A stretch of DNA of 64,000 nucleotides from the human T2T-CHM13v2.0 reference genome, Homo sapiens. Shown here piece after piece: positions 56,381-64,000 of this stretch (its first letter is position 1; each line of letters begins with the position of its first letter). The DNA lies in the NCBI RefSeq assembly GCF_009914755.1, contig NC_060941.1. One strand, 5' to 3'. Below the pieces are notes generated by a model, which had not been told where the DNA came from, did no database searches, and saw only the letters and a program-made list of their open reading frames with translations. Both the position numbers and the translations under genes were made by a program.

Positions 56381-57446
56381 ACAGGAATCTGGTATATCCC
56401 AGGTGCAATGGAAACCAGTCACGGCTTCATAGAGGGAAATCATCAGATTAGTAAATTTTACACACGCCCCCTGGTGCTTTGAGGAGGAGGGATTCGGACA
56501 GGGGCAGCTAATGGTGGTGGCTGTGAGATGTGTTGGGTTAACATTGATGAGAGTTTGGGATGGATGAGTGGATTCGGAGTAATGGAAATGGAGGGCCCAG
56601 GCCCGGCCCCTGGAGATCTAGCTGCAATAGCTGTTGGCTGGAGAGGCTGTTCACTTAGATGGGGGATGGGGTGGGAGGCAGGTGAGATGAGAGCTCCAGA
56701 GTTCAGCCTGGGGCACGGTCATTGGGTTCAAGATGCCTTCAGATGTTGGGGCTTGACAGTGACAGTGGCTGCAGATACCCAGGACCCAGCAGAGGGCCTG
56801 GCACAGCGGGGCCCAGGGACACGTCTGTGAGTCAGGCTGGCACTCAAGTGTGAATCTGGACAAAGAAGGTGGCATTGTTGGCATTGAATGCTCAGGGGCT
56901 GGGTGAAGTCAGCTAGGGAGAGGGGCTCTCAAGGCACCAGGACTGACTCCGTGGGTGAGGGCGGAGGAGGAGACGGCAGAGGCTGAGAGAATAGCCAGAG
57001 ACAGGAGGAAGGTCAGCAGAGCCATGCACAGAAGCCTGGAGAAGATTTGAGGAAAGGAAGGGCTGGGTGGTCGTCATTCCCTGCAGCTAGGAGGCAAGGG
57101 TGACCCCTGTGTGTTTCATTCTTCAGAGGATTGGTGGCTCCATCTGGTCAGAACCCCAAGTCCAGAGATGCATCTGAGCTTCATGCCATGGTGCAGGCAG
57201 CAGGAGCCATGGAGCAGGCCTGCGGGGTCACGGCCTGCCTGCTGCTTCCTGGTGTCTCTACCCTGAGCTCAGGGGTTGCTTGGATGCCCTGTGCTGCATC
57301 CCCCCAGGCGGTGTTCCAGAGAGGATGAAAGTGGCTATCTCAAGGTGTGACCAGGTAGCGGTCCATGCACACTGCTTTTTCCTGGGGAGAGTCTGGGATG
57401 GAAGGGTATGTGTGTGTTTCTGAGACTCCTTGGATAGGCTCCATGT

Positions 57447-58445
57447 ACCTATCCACCCATCTTACCACCCACCCACCCATCCACTCACTCACCCATCCAC
57501 GCACCCACCCATCCACCCATCCACTCATCCACCTGTCAACCCATCTATCCACTCATTCACCCATCCACTCATCCACCTATCTACAGTCATTCACTCATCC
57601 ACCCATCCACTCATTTACCCATCTATCCATCCACTCATCCACCTGCCCATCCACTCACCCACCCATCCACTCATCCACCCATCCACCCATCTATCTATGC
57701 ACTCATCCACCCATCCACTCATCCACCTATCCACTCATTCACTCATTCACTCATCCACCCATCCACTCATTCACCCATCTATCCATCCACTCATCCACCC
57801 ATCCACTCATTCACTCATCTGTCCATCCACTCATCTACCCATCCACTCATTCACCCATTTATCCATCCACTCAACCATCCACTCATCCACCCATCCACTC
57901 ATCATCCGTCCACTCACCCATCTATCCACCCATGTATCCATCCACTCATCCACCCATCCACTCATCTGTCCATCCACTTATCCACCCATCTACTCACCCA
58001 CCCATCCACTCACCCATCCATCTACCCATCCTCTCATCTATCCATCCACTCATCTACCCATCCACTTATCCATCCATCCACTCATCCGTCCATCCACTCA
58101 TCCACGCATCCACTCACCCATCCATCTACCCATCCACTCATCCACCCATCCACTTGTCTACTCATCCACTCACCCACCCATCCACTCATCCACCCATTCA
58201 CTCATCTACTCATCCACTCATCCATCTATCCACTCATCCACCAATTCACTCATCCACCTATCTACTCATCCACCCATCCATCCAGTCATTCATCCATTTG
58301 CTCATTCATCCGCCAACCCATCCATTCACCTGCCTGTTCATCCACCTACCCATCCATTCATCCATCTGTCCATCCATCCACCCACCCACTCACCCATTCA
58401 CACACCCATACACCCATCCATTTATCCAACCATCCATCCCCATCC
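57447..58445. repeat. ~1-kb degenerate tetranucleotide repeat (CCAT/CCAC/TCAT), almost G-free on the + strand
   Basis: Recurrent ccacccatccactcat higher-order motif. Confidence 0.97.
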
Positions 58446-61079
58446 TTACTTCAGAAAGCATTTGAAGTTGCTGGGGTGTGCACTTGGAAAATGCGTCATA
58501 AGCTTTCATAGGCCTCTCTTTGGCTTCCTCATTTCTTTGATTGGTCTTTCTTTCGGACATGCAGGATTCTGAGCAGCTCTTCTGGGAGGTGGGTGCAGTC
58601 CAGGTAGGCTGCCTGCAAAGCTAGGACCGAGGGAGCCACATCCAAGGCACTGTGGGTTCCCAAGGCGATGGCACTGTGGGCCCACTGCTTCCAGACCTCC
58701 TCAACTCCCAGGCTCCTGAGCAGGAGGACTCCTGGGGCAGGGCCTGGAGACGGGAAGAGAAAACAATTCCAGTCTCTCAACTCTTGTCAGTCCAGGTGGG
58801 TGCTGCATGGATTGGGGGCACCTGGCACAGTTGGCCCCTTCACCCCTTTCCCCCACCTTTCCAGCCCCTCTGGCTATAATCAGACAGTTGTGTGCGATGT
58901 CTTTCTCCCTCCTGAAGGGGTCATTTAGTCAGGCTCCTACTCATGGCCCAGGAATGTGCCCCTCCCTGCCTGTCCCCCACCCCCAAGCAGGCCGTGCCTC
59001 CAGCCCCCTGCTCTCTCTGAAGGGCCTGGGCATGGGGCAGCCTCTGCAGCATCCCCAGGGCCCGAGCTGATCTGCACAGCAGAAGGGAATTGGGGGAAAG
59101 CTTTTTTTCTACCCAGCACCTGGAAGGGGGCCACCCTGTTGCACCCCAGAGACCCTTGTCTAAGTTTTGTTATTTCAGATGATTTCATAAGTTGGGGGAG
59201 GCGGAGCCCCAGCCCCCACAGCCCCTGTTGTTGCCTCACTGCTGAGCTCTGCTGTGTATCTGCTGACAGGTCTGCTGATAGCAGAAGGGGCTGGAGAGAG
59301 GGAAGCTCTGGGCCCTGCCCTCCCCAACCCCTGCTTAGGGGACATCCCTGATAAGAGGAAATTCCAGCCTGTGACAGATGGCCAGTGTCCACCCACCCAC
59401 GGGGGAACTTTTCTTTCTCTTTGTAAGTTTGCAGATTTGCCAAGAACTAAAGGAATCTCTGGTTGACAGGCCACTGTGGACATGGCTGGAGGGCTGGCAC
59501 GGGCTGGATCTTGGGGTTGCTTTGAGGTAGGGGCCGCTCCTGCTGGAAGGTTCCTTGGGGTGGGGAAGGCATCAGGGCCATTCCCTGACCCTCCCTCTGC
59601 AGTGGATCCACTTCAGAGCCTGAGACAAGGCAAGGGGGCAGCAGAAAACAGAATATAAAATAGCCCCCCCCACCACACACCGCACCAGAAGTCAGAGGAT
59701 TCATCCTTGGCCTGCCCTCCCTGCAGCCTAAGTTCTGAGAGTGGCTCTTTAGGAAGTGAATGGCGATGGTTTGCAGGTCAGAGCTTGCTCTGGCCCAAGA
59801 TTGATGTCTCAATAGGCCGCGGAGCCTGGGTGAAAAAACTCAGGCTAGGGAGGTGGTGGGTTGCAAATGAAAGAACAGAGGAGGGCCTCTTCCAGAAAGC
59901 GGCGGGTGGTGTGAGGAGCCCTTGGACCTTGTCCAAATTTGACTTTACCGACTGGGGCCAATTGAAACCGTGCTGGCAGAAAGGCAAAACTGCTTGAGAT
60001 TCCTTCCTCCACAATAGAGGAGAGGTTTGCTTGAAAGGGTTTGGCGAGGGAAAAGCTGGAGGAACCTTGGCCGGCAGTAAAAGTGGGGACCCCCGCCCCC
60101 TGCCTCGGGGGCGCCTCGGCCCCTGAATGAATGAAAGAGGAGGCTGGATGGAGACAGACTCACACCACCTGTCCCTTCCAGGTCCTGCAAAGGAGCACAC
60201 AGGGTTCTTGTTGGCTCTTCCACCTTGTTAGTCACCAAGAAGGAGAAAACACCAACAGGGGAACTGTAAAGCTGCAGTTTTGTTTAAGCCCCATAGTGGA
60301 AACCGGAAAGAGCTCCAGCTCGGAGAAAAATGCAGCTCTTTGCCTTTGCAAATCCGTGTCTTTCTCTGGGAGGCCAGAGCCATTGTGCTCGATTTCTAAG
60401 CAGGGTTTCAGAGTGTCTCAGGAGGGGAAGGCAGAGTCTCAGATTTCCGGCATCCCAGGTCCTAACCAGGCTTTGAGGAGACGCTTCCTGTCCCATACAA
60501 AGTGTGAAGTGTAATTTGATTTGGAGTTAGTTAACAAATTAGATGAGCTGTGTGCATTTTAAAAATTCAGTCCTTGATCCCCCACCCACACACATTTGCA
60601 CAATTTGGTCATTTATATTCAGTGTTTCCATCTTTAGAAGAGAACAGGAAGTCCCCAGTGACATTTATGGAGTGTTTGTAGTAGCTTGGGTAGGTCAGTA
60701 GGAACACAATGCAGTGAAAAGCAGAGTTGAGATGGGAAAATATCCTGTTTTCAGAGCCCCCCAGGGATGACATTCCTTATCGTCTCTGTCCACCCGCTCT
60801 GGAGTCCACTCCGCAAACAGCAACTTGTTCTCACTTGAGAGCTTCCTCCTGCCGGAGCTCAGGGATGGAGAGCAGCTGGCCTCAGTCCTCTCCTCTTACC
60901 TCTTTGTTTCTCAGACTCATCTTCCACCTTGAATAATTGTTTTTAACCTGCTCTCCCTCTTCTCTAGCTGTAGAACCCAGAACTTTGTGTGTGTGGTCAA
61001 AAGTTTAGAGAGTGCTGCAGGTAATGCTGAGATAACCCTATTAAATTCTGTAAGTTCTCATCACACCAAGTTTGTTTGT

Positions 61080-61200
61080 TTTTTTTAATTCTCATTTTAT
61101 TTTATTTCATTTTATAGGGATGGGGTCTCGCTACGTTGCCCAGGCTGGTCTTGAACTCCTGGGCTCAAACGATCCTCCCGCCTCGGCCTCCCAGAGTGCC
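61080..61200 (-). mobile_element. FLAM / AluJ monomer, partial
   Basis: ggggtctcgctacgttgcccaggctggtcttgaactcctgggctcaa. Confidence 0.85.
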
Positions 61201-62394
61201 AAGTTATTTTTTTAACTGGGATCCACGGGCCTAGGGATTCTTTGATGAACCGTTCAAAATATGTGTGTGTCTGTCTGTCTGTCTTCAATGTATACTTTTC
61301 TAGGGAGAGTCTTTACTTTTCACCAGAGGTTTGTGGCACACACATGTCCTGTACTACTGTATCAGATTGTGAATTCCTTACATGTTAAAGACTGCTTCAA
61401 ATCTGTCCGGAAGTCTCGGCTAATAAACATTTAAATAAATGAACTTCAAATTCCCATGTGCCACCACTGTTTTCATTCTGACTACTCTCAAGCCTGTAGT
61501 GTCATCTTTTTGTTACTGTGAAGTAGACACTCAATAAATACTTGTCAAATGAATCAGTGTTATGGTCCTGGTCCACTAGGACCCCAGGATCATCGTCTAC
61601 CATTATTGTCTATAGTTTCTTTACCATCTTGTTCCAGAGCAGTTCTTTCTCTGAGGTCTGCTCACCTCTGCACGTGTGTCTAGTTTCCAGCCCTGTCGCC
61701 TTACCATTCTCTTTCCTTTACCTGCATTTCCTGAACTGTTAATAGTTAACAATAGCTTCTCCCTCCACCCACTCACTCATACCTGAAGTGAGAAGTCATC
61801 ATTGAGGTCTCTGTGGATTTTGTCAGCCCAACCTGGGGCGGCCTCCTGGAGGTGGAGTTTTCAGATGAGGGATGGACATTTTGGTGTCTGCTGGGTAGAT
61901 CTACCTGGGAGCTTTGGCAGGGGCCCCAGGGCAGCTCTGCCTCTTTATTTTGGCTGTGGGACCCCTGGTGCACTAGGGTTTCTCAAGTAAGCATCTGTGT
62001 CCTGGGAGAGCCATAGGCAGGCCTGAGAGGGCCCCTGGAATCTGGGACCCCCAGCCCGGCCCAGTAGCTGGTACCATCATCTTTCTTGCAAGGGAAGTTA
62101 TGGAAACTAAGATGCTAATGTGCTTTGATAGGCCTGGGGTGGCTCTAAGCCCTGGGAAGAGCCCTGGCAACTTTCCCTGGCTGGCGGGTTGAATCTTCTC
62201 CTGGCAGTTCAGGGCTCTGCCTCCAGCTCCCTGGGGGAGAGCAACTGAGGGAGGAGCTGGAGGCCAAGGCCTCAGTGCTGAGCTGCCTGCACCGCAGCTG
62301 CACCTTCTGGGTCCTGGCTGCAGGAACCCCATACTTCTCCAGCCTTTCCATGGTTCCCGAAGACCTGGCCTGGGGAGGGGGTCAGCAGCCTGGG

Positions 62395-62760
<366 letters not shown>

Positions 62761-64000
62761 GTGATGAGCTTTGTTTCTTCATTTGTTCATTCATTCACCA
62801 GACTTTTTGCCGGGGCTTGCCGTGAGCCCTACGCTGCTCTGAAGAAAGCCGGGCTGGGGTGAGCGTGATGGATGAGGTGTCTGGCTTCACAAACCCTGTG
62901 TGGGGGGGTTGTGGTGAGAGGAAACCGCACACATCATTATTCAGTTACCATCGTGGGGAGACTGTCTGGACGCAGAGAGCAGGCTCTGTGTGGGAGCGGG
63001 GAGGGCAAGCCCTGGTTGCGAGGCAGGGCTTCCCCAGGATTCAGCAGGGATCTGAAGGACTTTGCAGGCACCCAGGGAGATAGGAGAGGAGGAGGGAGCA
63101 GCCCTGGCCGGACACTGTCCTCCTAGCATTGCCTGCATCAGGGACTCACTCAGCTTTAAGAAGCCCCTTTGTGGGGGACAGGGAGCATCTGTTAGTTTAT
63201 AGGACCTGAAGTGCCCCCATGGGCTCAAGTTTCTGGGAAGGCCTGCAGGTGGCCGTAGGGCTGCCGCAGGGGTGCTGGCCCCAGGGTCTGGATTCAGGGG
63301 AGCCTGCAGAGGGAGGGCAGCTGGAGGCTGCTCCAGTGTGCATTGTTACGAGGCAAAGTAAGGAGACTGCTGGGCCCACGCTGGGCCGGGGTGGATGGAG
63401 GCAAGGAAGTCTTCGCCGGCGCAAGGGCACCAGCTGTAGATGCCGGCAGCTTTCTCCTGGACACGGGCCTGGAAGGCTGACAGGGTGTGGTGAGTGCCAC
63501 CGGCTCCCCTGCCGTGGCCTGGTCAGTGGCTTCACAGGCCTCCGTGGGCAGGAGGAGGATGACCTTGCATTCTGCTTGGCCACCATTGGCAGTGACAGAC
63601 AAGGTGTGTGGGGATGTGGCCATTTCGGTCCGTGCTCTGAGAGCCAGGTGTGGGTTGGGTTTGGGGAAGACAGGAGAATGGCATTGACTTGACCCTGAGC
63701 ACTTTGTCCTGGGGTGCAGGCCCGGCTGTCACTCCCCTGGAGCTGGGAATGGCATTGGGCGGTGGCTCAGGGTCCCTTGCCCCAGCGGCACCATCTCTGC
63801 ATTTGGCCAGCAAGGCTGATGGGACTTGTGTGGACATTTCTGGGACGTAGACCAGGCAGCATGACACACAGGGAGGGGTAGGCAGAGAAGGGCGGCCCCT
63901 GGGTCTTGGTTTCCAAGTCAGGCTTTGCAAGCCTGCTGTGTCAAGCCCTCTCTCGGCACCAGGCCAGGTGGGCCAGGGTCAGCCCTGGGGCTGTGATGAG

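Noticed and set aside
57365-58572. 366-aa and 380-aa ORFs as protein-coding genes
   Set aside because: Explained by a G-poor simple repeat in which stop codons rarely form; no domain or splice context

Overview
Human/primate nuclear genomic DNA: GC-rich, Alu-dense, and with no protein-coding exon that I can recognise. The long ORFs in the track arise from Alu antisense frames, GC-rich non-coding sequence or tandem repeats. About 30 Alus (AluJ, S and Y types plus FLAM monomers, many with readable target-site duplications) sit among old L1M, L2 and MIR fragments, MaLR/ERVL/ERV1 solo LTRs and DNA-transposon fossils (MER33, MER96B-like, MER75). Best-supported highlights: (1) a Y1 RNA (RNY1) retropseudogene at 29909-30328, split by an antisense Alu, nested in an ERV1 LTR, beside a later 69-bp ectopic duplication; (2) a CpG-island promoter at ~39.0-39.9 kb with a strong splice donor, probably the start of a + strand spliced lncRNA; (3) a downstream exon-like 60-bp VNTR that keeps a 125-aa repeat ORF open behind a strong Kozak ATG; (4) a four-level transposon nest at 49.3-53.1 kb containing a piggyBac MER75 that still encodes a PGBD4-like N-terminus; (5) a 1-kb (CCAT/CACT)-type simple repeat. 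I found no evidence for a wholly new biological system; the VNTR microprotein is the most testable novel hypothesis. Repeat family calls come from remembered consensus sequences and need RepeatMasker/Dfam confirmation. Boundaries of old repeats are approximate.
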